Shown: positions 38,392-52,286, counted from the first letter of the stretch. The stretch is 64,000 bases of DNA from Laetmonice hystrix (GCA_965235115.1 OZ249443.1:4712001-4776000); one strand, 5' to 3'. Program-made: numbers and translations. Notes: generated by a model not told the origin, from the letters alone.

Positions 38392-39052
38392 TAAATACCC
38401 CATGGTATTGTTCCACGAAATATGGTGGTTAAAAAATAATAAATCTATCGTATTCCTAGCCTCAAACGGAACCCTCAAAAATACCTCCTGTCCCTACGCT
38501 GTCACCACCCCTCCATCCCCCAAAATACCGATCCCGATCTCTAGTCCCTGTGCTTAAACCACAACTATCTCGTATTTCAACGATTCCATGAAGACATCGG
38601 TTACATATAAGGAGAAATTAAATCTAATGAAATTCAATATTCCAGTTGCCTGTTGTCGTTATGAAGCGATCGTTTTATGGCTGGTTGCTGACATTGATTT
38701 GTATAGCCAATGAAATTCATTGGCTGATCGACGCCGCCTGGTAATTTCGCGGGCGTTGTTACCATGGGGACTTAACCGACCGAGGTTGGCACGGTTTGAA
38801 TGGTTAGACGGGAGGACGGTGGCCACGTCATCACCGCTAGGTGTACCTAGTGGAAACCTGAATCGTCTGGAAATTGTTAGTCACCGTAGCAAACACACGG
38901 GGATTGGGTGCTGGTGGCGGGAAGGGAGGAGATGGGCAGTTCAATGATTAAAACACCATGAGCGATGTCTGCCCGCCACACGCTCGTACTGGGGATCACC
39001 CCGAGTAGGTAATCAGCCATACACACACAGAAAACTTGACAATCAGTCAGTA

Positions 39053-41682
39053 GTAGTCAGCTCAGGGTAAGACTGGGAAAACATGAGCCACTGGTACTCA
39101 TGCCAGGGTACGACTGGGAAAACATGGGCAATCAGCCAGTGATAGTCAGCTCAGGGTAAGACTGGGAAAACATGGGCCACTGGTCCTCATGCCAGGGTAC
39201 GACTGGGAAAACATGGGCAATCAGCCACTGGTACTCATGTCAGGGTAAGACTGGGAAAACATGGGCAATCAGCCACTGGTACTCATGCCAGGGTACGACT
39301 GGGAAAACATGGGCAATCAGCCACTGGTACTCAGCTCAGGGTACGACTGGGAAAACATGGGCAATCAGCCACTGGTACTCATGCCAGGGTACGACTGGGA
39401 AAACATGGGCAATCAGCCACTGGTACTCAGCTCAGAGTAAGACAGGGAAACCATGGGCAATCAGACACTGGTACTCATGTCAGGGTCCGACTGGGAAAAC
39501 ATGAGCCACTGGTACTCATGCCAGGATACGACTGGGAAAACATGGGCAATCAGCCACTGGTACTCATGTCAAGCACTGGGAAAACATGGGCAATCAGCCA
39601 CTGGTACTCATGTCAAGCACTGGGAAAACATGGGCAATCAGCCACTGGTACTCAGCTCAGGGTAAGACTGGGAAAACATGGGCAATCAGCCACTGGTACT
39701 CATGTCAGGTTAAGACTGGGAAAACATGGGCAATCAGCCACTGGTACTCAGCTCAGGGTAAGACTGGGAAAACATGGACAATCAGACACTGGTACTCAGC
39801 CCTGGGTAAGACTGGGAAAACATGGGCAATCAGCCACTGGTACTCAGCTCAGGGTAAGACTGGGAAAACATGGGCAATCAGCCACTGGTACTCAGCTCAG
39901 GGTAAGACTGGGAAAACATGGGCAATCAGCCACTGGTACTCAGCTCAGGGTAAGACTGGGAAAACATGAGCAATCAGCCACTGGTACTCATGTCAGGGTA
40001 CGACTGGGAAAACATGGGCAATCAGCCACTGGTACTCAGCTCAGGGTACGACTGGGAAAACATGGGCAATCAGCCACTGGTACTCAGCTCAGGGTAAGAC
40101 TGGGAAAACATGGGCAATCAGCCACTGGTACTCATGCCAGGGTACGACTGGGAAAACATGGGCAATCAGCCACTGGTACTCAGCTCAGGGTAAGACTGGG
40201 AAAACATGGGCAATCAGCCACTGGTACTCAGCTCAGGGTAAGACTGGGAAAACATGGGCAACCAGCCACTGGTACTCAGCTCAGGGTAAGACTGGGAAAA
40301 CATGGGCAATCAGCCACTGGTACTCATGTCAAGCACTGGGAAAACATGGGCAATCAGCCACTGGTACTCATGTCAAGCACTGGGAAAACATGGGCAATCA
40401 GCCACTGGTACTCAGCTCAGGGTAAGACTGGGAAAACATGAGCAATCAGCCACTGGTACTCATGTCAGGGTACGACTGGGAAAACATGGGCAATCAGCCA
40501 CTGGTACTCAGCTCAGGGTACGACTGGGAAAACATGGGCAATCAGCCACTGGTACTCAGCTCAGGGTACGACTGGGAAAACATGGGCAATCAGCCACTGG
40601 TACTCAGCTCAGGGTAAGACTGGGAAAACATGGGCAATCAGCCACTGGTACTCAGCTCAGGGTAAGACTGGGAAAACATGGGCAATCAGCCACTGGTACT
40701 CAGCTCAGGGTAAGACTGGGAAAACATGGGCAATCAGCCACTGGTACTCAGCTCAGGGTAAGACTGGGAAAACATGGGTAATCAGCCACTGGTACTCAGC
40801 TCAGGGTAAGACTGGGAAAACATGGGCAATCAGCCACTGGTACTCAGCTCAGGGTAAGACTGGGAAAACATGAGCAATCAGCCACTGGTACTCATGTCAG
40901 GGTACGACTGGGAAAACATGGGCAATCAGCCACTGGTACTCAGCTCAGGGTACGACTGGGAAAACATGGGCAATCAGCCACTGGTACTCAGCTCAGGGTA
41001 AGACTGGGAAAACATGGGCAATCAGCCACTGGTACTCATGCCAGGGTACGACTGGGAAAACATGGGCAATCAGCCACTGGTACTCAGCTCAGGGTAAGAC
41101 TGGGAAAACATGGGCAATCAGCCACTGGTACTCAGCTCAGGGTAAGACTGGGAAAACATGGGCAACCAGCCACTGGTACTCAGCTCAGGGTAAGACTGGG
41201 AAAACATGGGCAATCAGCCACTGGTACTCATGTCAAGCACTGGGAAAACATGGGCAATCAGCCACTGGTACTCATGTCAAGCACTGGGAAAACATGGGCA
41301 ATCAGCCACTGGTACTCAGCTCAGGGTAAGACTGGGAAAACATGAGCAATCAGCCACTGGTACTCATGTCAGGGTACGACTGGGAAAACATGGGCAATCA
41401 GCCACTGGTACTCAGCTCAGGGTACGACTGGGAAAACATGGGCAATCAGCCACTGGTACTCAGCTCAGGGTACGACTGGGAAAACATGGGCAATCAGCCA
41501 CTGGTACTCAGCTCAGGGTAAGACTGGGAAAACATGGGCAATCAGCCACTGGTACTCAGCTCAGGGTAAGACTGGGAAAACATGGGCAATCAGCCACTGG
41601 TACTCAGCTCAGGGTAAGACTGGGAAAACATGGGTAATCAGCCACTGGTACTCAGCTCAGGGTACGACTGGGAAAACATGGA
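39053..41682. repeat. 48-bp minisatellite, ~55 units, with a 904-bp higher-order duplication
   Basis: Unit gggtaagactgggaaaacatgggcaatcagccactggtactcagctca; the rare variant gcaacc recurs at 40258 and 41162. Confidence 0.95.
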
Positions 41683-41947
41683 CATTAATTTTTATCATTT
41701 TCCCTGTTTTCCCTGTGCTGTGGTCACCCTGAATGAGCTCTGGGTACGACAAGTGTAACAGGAACATTCAGCCCCTGTTACTGAGCTCACGAGACACTAA
41801 GGCAACCAAGCTCAAGATAAGAGGGGAGCAGCTGGAGGGAAAGCACAGAGTACTTACTGAGTGAGCTCTCGGGTAAGATTGGAACAACACAACCAATCAA
41901 CCTCTGGTACTTACTTCAAAGGCCACTGGCACTCACTCAATCAATCA

Positions 41948-42462
41948 GCCACTGAACCTGAGCTCTCGGGCAACGCAAGGACTGAGCTAACAGAAGCAAA
42001 CTAAACACATACATACAGTACTGGAACTGAGCTCTCGGGCAACGCAAGGACTGAGCTAACAGAGGCAAACTAAACACATACATACAGTACTGGAACTGAG
42101 CTCTCGGGCAACGCAAGGACTGAGCTAACAGAGGCAAGATAAAGACATGTAGATGATGTACTGAACCTGAGCTCTCAGGCAACGTAAGGACTGAGCTAAC
42201 AGAGGCAAACTAAAGACATGTACAGTACTGGAACTGAGCTCTCGGGCAATGCAAGGAAACTAACAGAGGCAAAGTAAAGACATGGACTGGAACTGAGCTC
42301 TCGGGCAACGCAAAGAAACTAACAGAGGTAAAGTAAAGACATGGACTGGAACTGAGCTCTCGGGCAACGCAAGGAAACTAACAGAGGCAAAGTAAAGACA
42401 TGTACTGGAACTGAGCTCTTGGGCAACACAAAGAAACTAACAGAGGCAAAGTAAAGACATCC
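41948..42462. repeat. Tandem repeat of 8 units shrinking from ~69 to 59 bp
   Basis: gagctc anchors at 41960, 42029, 42098, 42169, 42236, 42295, 42354 and 42413. Confidence 0.9.
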
Positions 42463-43499
42463 ATTGGCAATCAGCTACTAGCTCTGACCTCAGATCTTTC
42501 ACAGGCAATCAGCCGCTGGCTGTGACCCTACCAGCCACGGAAATTCCCTTTATCAGCCATTGTCTGACTCAACCAGACATGGACACTTAGAGTATAACAA
42601 CCCGGTAACAACCCGTTACACTGACCCAACCAGGCACTGAGGGTGCTGCCCTACTGGCACTGCCTGGTACACATCCACCATTTCAGTCTGTCCTGTGTAC
42701 TGTAATGCCGTATGTAATATTGTTGACCTAACCCAAAGCCCACGTCTCCTGTTGAAATAACAGCAAACATACGATCCCCAGTCGTCCACTAACACTGCCG
42801 GGTAGATGGAGTGGATAACACGCCCAATGTGTGTGGCTTGACGTGATTAAACAACAAATCACCCCTTCCCCAGCACCCTATTCATATCATGCCCCATTTT
42901 TTAAAGTTCTTGTGTTTATTTTGGCAGTTTTTTTTTCAAAGACCCGCATAACTCCTTTAGAAATTGCTCTCCACTGGCATGAAGTTGACAGACAATATGA
43001 ATATATTGTATATATACAACCTAATTCCATTCTAATGGTTCCTGAATATTGATTTGGAGAGTGAAAACTGCTCGCTTGATAATCATGTGGCTCAAAATCT
43101 ACTGAAATTCCGCCAGAAAATATTACGAAAATAAACTTATTAGGAGAATCTGCAAATTTTCCAGTTCCTGCAGATTTAATCAATGAAACCACAGGACAGT
43201 GCACCTAATTTTACCACGCGACTACCAACAGCCAGATTATCTGGGCACACCCTGTCCAACCAAACCCTCTGCCCCAGATCACCACTCCCCCCTTCATCAG
43301 AACTAGTTCACGTTATCAGGCATCCGATCGGATCTGGCCTCATGCCAAGAATCCAATGACGGATAAGAAATACGACTAAGTTCTATAAATTCGTAGAACA
43401 TTTGGGGAGGTGTAGTTCGAATCCGGATGGCGGCGGACTTGCCAATTATAATAGACACGGCCACCTGTGTGGTCTGTAACGACTTGGGAAAGGTTTTAA

Positions 43500-44027
43500 A
43501 GGGGCATATTATGAGGAAACGTGAAAAATCGGTATTTCAAAGAACTTTTGCTGTTTTCATAAAGAGATCCTTCATTAAAATTGCTTGGTAAACAAAGACA
43601 GACTTATCAGTTTCATTTTGCGTGAGAAATCAAGGTTTATGAAGCTCCCTTGCCCGCTTCTCTGCAGATTTCGTAAAATATTTTTTGGGTGGCATTCTGA
43701 TGCCGGACGATCGAGTGCCACTGCTGAATTGTTTACAACTAAGCGTAGCACGTGATTAAGCACATTCAGAGAGTGCACACGCAGGATGTGACGCAGTATG
43801 CAATTACACGGGTTGATGGGGGGTTGTATACCAAACTATGGCGGGAGATGTGCTATTGGGAGAAATCTATAGGCTTGGTCTTATAGAACCAACTTGTGCT
43901 GCATACGCAGCGAAAACACGTCGGTGGACAAAATGCTGTTGTAGGATTATTTACTTGGATCCCTAGTACACGGTCATGTTGGATAATTGCCGGAAATCCT
44001 CCAAAACGTGTTCCATAGCATGCCCCT
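43500..44027. mobile_element. Non-autonomous TIR element, 528 bp, TTAA TSD (Kolobok-like)
   Basis: ttaa|AGGGGCAT ... ATGCCCCT|ttaa, with imperfect TIR extending ~24 bp. AG..CT ends with a TTAA TSD fit Kolobok rather than piggyBac (CCY..RGG). Confidence 0.65.
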
Positions 44028-46923
44028 TTAAGAGTGTAACCAAGGGAGCGCGGTGATTTCCCAAGGCACTCACGTCCACAAAGACCTCATTATCACCACC
44101 AACAGGAATGAGTTGAGGCACCGGTCAAAAATTACATAACGTTAAATCATCTCTTTATAGACTCAACGGATCGTAACAGGATATCAGGCCCTATTACATA
44201 ACACTTCCCAGGCACCAACAGTCCAAGTAACCATTCGGAACGACCCTGACCGTCACTGGATGTAACCAATCGTTTATGTAACATCACAGAAAATCCCACC
44301 TGCCAAATTTAAAATTGTGCACGTTTTACTTTTAATATTAAAAATAAGCATTTTCAATGACATTTTCTAATACTATTACATAACTGTATGTTCCAGGTCC
44401 CTAACTGGGGCGTTAACTACCTAATATTTGACCGGCACTCTGCACTTGAGTCTGCACTTGAGTTGAAGTACACAGCCAAGCTCCGGATTGCAACAGAGCG
44501 TGAAACCAGCCAGCTCAAGTCAAATCAGTGTACACCTCGGCACCGACTGACTACCAGACATACACGGGACACTGGCGCACGGCAGAGATTGGTGACTAAC
44601 AGATTCATTTTGTGGAGACTCTCAACAAGTGGCCAGGACAACAAGATGTAGTGGGAACAGACTGTAGATATATCCCTCTCAGTGATCACCCAGTGACCCA
44701 CGGCTCAGACATCCTTGTCTCAATCAACAGGACTTCTCGGGATCCGACTAAACCTGGAGTCCTCTCCCTCTTGTTATCTTCTCCAGAAATCCTTGCGGCA
44801 ATGAAACAACTGCCTAGCAGAATCTATCCATTACTATAGCAACCCATTACTATAGCAACCCATTACTATAGCAACCCATTACTTCCTACACTTAGCTGGA
44901 GCCCGGACTCCCAGATCGACCCCCACATACCCCTTCGTGGCACACCTAATAGGTCAGCTCTGTGACTTTACATTTTGATATATAGACATGATCTACAAGG
45001 TTATGAAGAAACCTGTAGCCGTAACAACAGATGGCATGTACGTACGAACACTGACCAGTTGTACTTACTGTTGAATGGTGAATTCTGGCTGGATAAAAAC
45101 GACGATTTGGGTGGAGAGGGAGTAACCTGGTTAACCACCCTGGTTGCTCTCGGCAGATAAAGAGAGTGAGGCCACTGTGAGCTCAGTGCTATATTAGGAT
45201 CTCACTCCACTGACACCCAATGAAGGACCGTGATTGGCCGTCACTGTGACACACATCCGCCTTACCCCTGGACCAAACACCCCCACCCCTACCCCCACCC
45301 CCGGTAACCCAGTTACACAGAGCTCTGGGCACATGCCCTGCCTGCGATGATGCCGACATCTTCCACTTTATCTATTATTATTAGCACCTACAGCAATCAT
45401 GGTTCCCACAAAGGAAGTTTTTGCCAGACTTTTTATGAAGAATTGTTTCCCCCCTTTTTACAGACCGGGCCAGCTTCATGTCAACTTTCAGGGAGAAGAT
45501 GTGGCTGCTATGTTTCCTTGGCAACCATTCACTCCCAAAAACACCTGAGGATCTTTGCCTCAAAAGTCCCACTCCAAAGTTCTTGTAACTACAATGTCAT
45601 CAAGGTAGAATTTTCTTTATTTCTAAAATATTTGTATACGATTCTAAATGCTATGCCAGGAACTTTTACTGAGCATGCTGCATTACTTTTAGCCCGTGCT
45701 ATCAGCGAGTAATTTAAAAAGAAATCTTTCCATTTACTACAGAGTGTATAGAGCACTCATAAACAGTCAATGATTGAGGTTGTTAAGTGGTCACAACCCT
45801 CTTTAGTTTCCAACCCAGACCACAATGTGCCTACACGCCATGTCTAGCCGAGTACAGTCACAATGGTTCACAAGTCGCAGACAAACCGTGCACGGAAAAC
45901 AAGGCTGGACATTCTTTACATTCAATATAAATATACTGCAGCCTGAACAGGTAAGAAATGGAGCATGAAATCTTTTTTTGGTGGCTCATCACCTTCCAAT
46001 AATTCGTTATGGATAAATCTCGGCGCGTAGTCTGGTCTGCATATAGCAGCCTATCAACATTGCCATCTACTACACGAACTTTTCCTTTACATGAACTATT
46101 AATTCCAACAAATATCAAAAGAATTTCTTTTTTTTAAAACAATAGAGATATTCATTTCTGTGGTTGTGTTGGTTTTAAAAGGCATAGTTTGACACTGTGG
46201 TTCGCCCTGGATAAATAAATAATCCAGAAATAGGTAATTAAAATTTTTACAACAATTGACTCTAATTACGGACGAGCAAACATCACCCGTAATCACTGAC
46301 TAGACAAAAGCCCCCCACCTCCACCGTCCAATTTACTAATGATTTCTATTAAAGTGGCACCTGAAACTGTGAAAGCTTGTTCTGAAACTGAAAGTATTTC
46401 TACACGGAGACATTGCATGTACATACATTTATATATTCATGTCCTGTGGCAGGTTTCAGCTCTGGGTAAGATGACCTCCTACAACCTCGTTCACAATGAA
46501 GATTATATGGTATTTTTTGTCTGAAGGCTGGCACGGTTAAAGTCCACTGTTACAATCTTTCCTAATTGTCCTCAATCGACCACTTTCTATTTCCTGCTGG
46601 GATAGGGGTCCATTCATAGAGGACATTTGGCAACATATATTATTGCCACTTTGTTGGTTGGTGGGCACGTTGTCGCCCTAAGTTAATCCATTCAATTGTA
46701 AACAAATTAGGATCTTCAGCACCATTGATTGTCTTTATCCAAGGAAACAGTTCTAAGATGGTTTAACAATGAGTCAATTATAGACAACTAAAGTATTGTT
46801 CATGAACCGGTTTCATGTCCCCTCCATCTTATATTTGGAGGGGGATTATGAATAGAATACTATTACTTGGTAATAGTTACACGTTTTAACTGCACTGAAT
46901 TTAAATTTTCAAACTCCTGAGTA

Positions 46924-47171
46924 AAGGCCTGTATCCACTAGCGCGTTTTACCGCTGCGGTCCACGCTGGGCGACAAAACGCGCTAGTGGGTTCAGGCCTT
47001 ACGGCAAGCACCACCGCCTTCAGGAGATATGTGGACATTTCCGAATTACGTGGGAGTCTGAATTTTATCACGATGAATGCAACAATAACAGCTAAAGGCC
47101 TGAACCCACCAGCGCGTTTTGTCGCTCAGCGTGGCCCGCATCGGTAAAACGCGCTAGTGGGTACAGGCCTT
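46924..47171. mobile_element. Two ~77-bp hairpin mini-elements in inverted orientation (PIF/Harbinger-like)
   Basis: 46924-47000 and 47095-47171 each carry 26-bp TIRs (aaggcctg...gcgcgtttt). The second is flanked by TAA/TAA, the first by TAA/TAC. Confidence 0.7.
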
Positions 47172-47547
47172 AACGCGTCGATTTGAGCCTCAATCGGCGC
47201 GGACTATGTATTCAGGACCATCAGGTTTTCCAATGTTCAACTACAGATTTCAATACCTCTAGACCGTAATCAGACTACAGAAAACCAGTAACAAAACTTG
47301 ACATAATACTCAGACTTAATGTTAACAAAGTAACATGTGGTAATATGGCGTGTAGATAGGCCGGGCAGTGTGACTTAGCCTTAATGTTAACCATGTATGT
47401 GGTAATAAATATTGCATGTAGATAGGACCGGTCAGTGTGCAGAAACTACGCACTTCAACTGTTAAACTTACGTCAGTGCCGTTCTCCATGCATCTACATG
47501 ATTGACATGAAGACGTGACAATAAATTATCCAAGGTCAGAAGGTCAC

Positions 47548-50500
47548 GGGTACAAGTGGTAAACCGCCCAGGACACAAGTGGTAAACCGTCCAGGACACA
47601 AGTGGTAAACCGTCCAGGACACAAGTGGTAAACCGTCCAGGACACAAGTGGTAAACCGTCCAGGACACAAGTGGTAAACCGTCCAGGACACAAGTGGTAA
47701 ACCGTCCAGGACACAAGTGGTAAACCGTCCAGGACACAAGTGGGAAACCGTCCAGGACACAAGTGGTAAACCGTCCAGGACACAAGTGGTAAACCGTCCA
47801 GGAGTGGCCAGGACACAAGTGGTAAACCGTCCAGGACACAAGTGGTAAACCGTCCCGGACACAAGTGGTAAACCGTCCAGGACACAAGTGGTAAACCGTC
47901 CAGGACACAAGTGGTAAACCGTCCAGGACACAAGTGGTAAACCGTCCAGGACACAAGTGGTAAACCGTCCAGGACACAAGTGGTAAACCGTCCAGGACAC
48001 AAGTGGGAAACCGTCCAGGACACAAGTGGTAAACCGTCCAGGACACAAGTGGTAAACCGTCCAGGACACAAGTGGTAAACCGTCCAGGACACAAGTGGTA
48101 AACCGTCCAGGACACAAGTGGGAAACCGTCCAGGACACAAGTGGTAAACCGTCCAGGACACAAGTGGTAAACCGTCCAGGACACAAGTGGTAAACCGTCC
48201 AGGACACAAGTGGGAAACCGTCCAGGACACAAGTGGTAAACCGTCCAGGACACAAGTGGTAAACCGTCCAGGACACAAGTGGTAAACCGTCCAGGACACA
48301 AGTGGTAAACCGTCCAGGACACAAGTGGTAAACCGTCCAGGACACAAGTGGTAAACCGTCCAGGACACAAGTGGTAAACCGTCCAGGACACAAGTGGTAA
48401 ACCGTCCAGGACACAAGTGGGAAACCGTCCAGGACACAAGTGGTAAACCGTCCAGGACACAAGTGGTAAACCGTCCAGGACACAAGTGGTAAACCGTCCA
48501 GGACACAAGTGGTAAACCGTCCAGGACACAAGTGGGAAACCGTCCAGGACACAAGTGGTAAACCGTCCAGGACACAAGTGGTAAACCGTCCAGGACACAA
48601 GTGGTAAACCGTCCAGGACACAAGTGGTAAACCGTCCAGGACACAAGTGGGAAACCGTCCAGGACACAAGTGGTAAACCGTCCAGGACACAAGTGGTAAA
48701 CCGCCCAGGACACAAGTGGTAAACCGTCCAGGACACAAGTGGTAAACCGTCCAGGACACAAGTGGGAAACCGTCCAGGACACAAGTGGGAAACCGTCCAG
48801 GACACAAGTGGTAAACCGTCCAGGACACAAGTGGTAAACCGTCCAGGACACAAGTGGTAAACCGTCCAGGACACAAGTGGTAAACCGCCCAGGACACAAG
48901 TGGTAAACCGTCCAGGACACAAGTGGTAAACCGCCCAGGACACAAGTGGGAAACCGCCCAGGACACAAGTGGGAAACCGTCCAGGACACAAGTGGTAAAC
49001 CGCCCAAGAGTGGCCAGGACACAAGTGGTAAACCGCCCAAGAGTGGCCAGGACACAAGTGGTAAACCGTCCAGGACACAAGTGGTAAACCGTCCAGGACA
49101 CAAGTGGTAACCCGTCCAGGACACAAGTGGTAAACCGCCCAGGACACAAGTGGTAAACCGTCCAGGACACAAGTGGTAAACCGCCCAGGACACAAGTGGT
49201 AAACCGTCCAGGACACAAGTGGTAAACCGTCCAGGACACAAGTGGTAAACCGTCCAGGACACAAGTGGTAAACCGTCCAGGACACAAGTGGTAAACCGTC
49301 CAGGACACAAGTGGTAAACCGTCCAGGACACAAGTGGTAAACCGTCCAGGACACAAGTGGTAAACCGTCCAGGACACAAGTGGGAAACCGTCCAGGACAC
49401 AAGTGGTAAACCGTCCAGGACACAAGTGGTAAACCGTCCAGGACACAAGTGGTAAACCGTCCAGGACACAAGTGGTAAACCGTCCAGGACACAAGTGGTA
49501 AACCGTCCAGGACACAAGTGGGAAACCGTCCAGGACACAAGTGGTAAACCGTCCAGGACACAAGTGGTAAACCGTCCAGGACACAAGTGGTAAACCGTCC
49601 AGGACACAAGTGGTAAACCGTCCAGGACACAAGTGGGAAACCGTCCAGGACACAAGTGGGAAACCGTCCAGGACACAAGTGGGAAACCGTCCAGGACACA
49701 AGTGGTAAACCGTCCAGGACACAAGTGGTAAACCGTCCAGGACACAAGTGGTAAACCGTCCAGGACACAAGTGGTAAACCGCCCAGGACACAAGTGGGAA
49801 ACCGTCCAGGACACAAGTGGTAAACCGTCCAGGACACAAGTGGGAAACCGTCCAGGACACAAGTGGTAAACCGTCCAGGACACAAGTGGTAAACCGTCCA
49901 GGACACAAGTGGTAAACCGTCCAGGACACAAGTGGTAAACCGTCCAGGACACAAGTGGGAAACCGTCCAGGACACAAGTGGTAAACCGTCCAGGACACAA
50001 GTGGTAAACCGTCCAGGACACAAGTGGTAAACCGTCCAGGACACAAGTGGTAAACCGTCCAGGACACAAGTGGGAAACCGTCCAGGACACAAGTGGTAAA
50101 CCGTCCAGGACACAAGTGGTAAACCGTCCAGGACACAAGTGGTAAACCGTCCAGGACACAAGTGGGAAACCGTCCAGGACACAAGTGGTAAACCGTCCAG
50201 GACACAAGTGGTAAACCGTCCAGGACACAAGTGGTAAACCGTCCAGGACACAAGTGGTAAACCGTCCAGGACACAAGTGGTAAACCGTCCAGGACACAAG
50301 TGGTAAACCGTCCAGGACACAAGTGGTAAACCGTCCAGGACACAAGTGGGAAACCGTCCAGGACACAAGTGGTAAACCGTCCAGGACACAAGTGGTAAAC
50401 CGTCCAGGACACAAGTGGTAAACCGTCCAGGACACAAGTGGTAAACCGTCCAGGACACAAGTGGGAAACCGTCCAGGACACAAGTGGTAAACCGTCCAGG

Positions 50501-52286
50501 ACACAAGTGGTAAACCGTCCAGGACACAAGTGGTAAACCGTCCAGGACACAAGTGGTAAACCGTCCAGGACACAAGTGGGAAACCGTCCAGGACACAAGT
50601 GGTAAACCGTCCAGGACACAAGTGGTAAACGGCCCAGGACACAAGTGGGAAACCGTCCAGGACACAAGTGGTAAACCGTCCAGGACACAAGTGGTAAACC
50701 GTCCAGGACACAAGTGGTAAACCGTCCAGGACACAAGTGGTAAACCGTCCAGGACACAAGTGGTAAACCGTCCAGGACACAAGTGGGAAACCGTCCAGGA
50801 CACAAGTGGTAAACCGCCCAGGACACAAGTGGTAAACCGTCCAGGACACAAGTGGTAAACCGCCCAGGACACAAGTGGGAAACCGTCCAGGACACAAGTG
50901 GTAAACCGCCCAAGAGTGGCCAGGACACAAGTGGTAAACCGCCCAAGAGTGGCCAGGACACAAGTGGTAAACCGTCCAGGACACAAGTGGTAAACCGTCC
51001 AGGACACAAGTGGTAACCCGTCCAGGACACAAGTGGTAAACCGCCCAGGACACAAGTGGTAAACCGTCCAGGACACAAGTGGTAAACCGTCCAGGACACA
51101 AGTGGTAAACCGTCCAGGACACAAGTGGTAAACCGTCCAGGACACAAGTGGTAAACCGTCCAGGACACAAGTGGTAAACCGTCCAGGACACAAGTGGTAA
51201 ACCGTCCAGGACACAAGTGGGAAACCGTCCAGGACACAAGTGGTAAACCGTCCAGGACACAAGTGGTAAACCGTCCAGGACACAAGTGGTAAACCGTCCA
51301 GGACACAAGTGGTAAACCGTCCAAGACACAAGTGGTAAACCGTCCAGGACACAAGTGGGAAACCGTCCAGGACACAAGTGGTAAACCGTCCAGGACACAA
51401 GTGGTAAACCGTCCAGGACACAAGTGGTAAACCGTCCAGGACACAAGTGGTAAACCGTCCTACTCCAGGACACAAGTGGTAAACCGTCCAGGACACAAGT
51501 GGTAAACCGTCCAGGACACAAGTGGTAAACCGTCCAGGACACAAGTGGTAAACCGTCCAGGACACAAGTGGTAAACCGTCCAGGACACAAGTGGTAAACC
51601 GTCCAGGACACAAGTGGGAAACCGTCCAGGACACAAGTGGTAAACCGTCCAGGACACAAGTGGTAAACCGCCCAGGACACAAGTGGTAAACCGTCCAGGA
51701 CACAAGTGGTAAACCGTCCTACTCCAGGACACAAGTGGTAAACCGTCCAGGACACAAGTGGTAAACCGTCCAGGACACAAGTGGTAAACCGTCCAGGACA
51801 CAAGTGGTAAACCGTCCAGGACACAAGTGGTAAACCGTCCAGGACACAAGTGGTAAACCGTCCAGGACACAAGTGGTAAACCGTCCAGGACACAAGTGGT
51901 AAACCGTCCAGGACACAAGTGGTAAACCGTCCAGGACACAAGTGGTAAACCGTCCAGGACACAAGTGGTAAACCGTCCAGGACACAAGTGGTAAACCGTC
52001 CTACTCCAGGACACAAGTGGTAAACCGTCCAGGACACAAGTGGGAAACCGTCCAGGACACAAGTGGTAAACCGTCCAGGACACAAGTGGTAAACCGTCCA
52101 GGACACAAGTGGTAAACCGTCCAGGACACAAGTGGGAAACCGTCCAGGACACAAGTGGTAAACCGTCCAGGACACAAGTGGTAAACCGCCCAGGACACAA
52201 GTGGTAAACCGTCCAGGACACAAGTAGTAAACAGTCCAGGACACAAGTGGTAAACCGTCCAGGACACAAGTGGTAAACTGCCCAAC
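47548..52286. repeat. 23-bp satellite, ~206 units (ccaggacacaagtggtaaaccgt)
   Basis: 23-bp periodicity; produces the 23-aa periodic ORFs in all three minus frames. Confidence 0.98.

Noticed and set aside
37544-38478. Pro/His-rich 290-aa and 228-aa ORFs
   Set aside because: 57-bp minisatellite translation (19-aa period).
39172-41637. Repetitive plus-strand ORFs (RVRLGKHGQSATGTQL, etc.)
   Set aside because: They follow from the 48-bp minisatellite and lie antisense within the Kelch intron.
27385-43425. Pol III B-box-like motifs (ggatcgagtcc near 27388 on minus; gttcgaatcc near 43415)
   Set aside because: No A-box at the right spacing and no cloverleaf or known vault / Y RNA stem could be folded.
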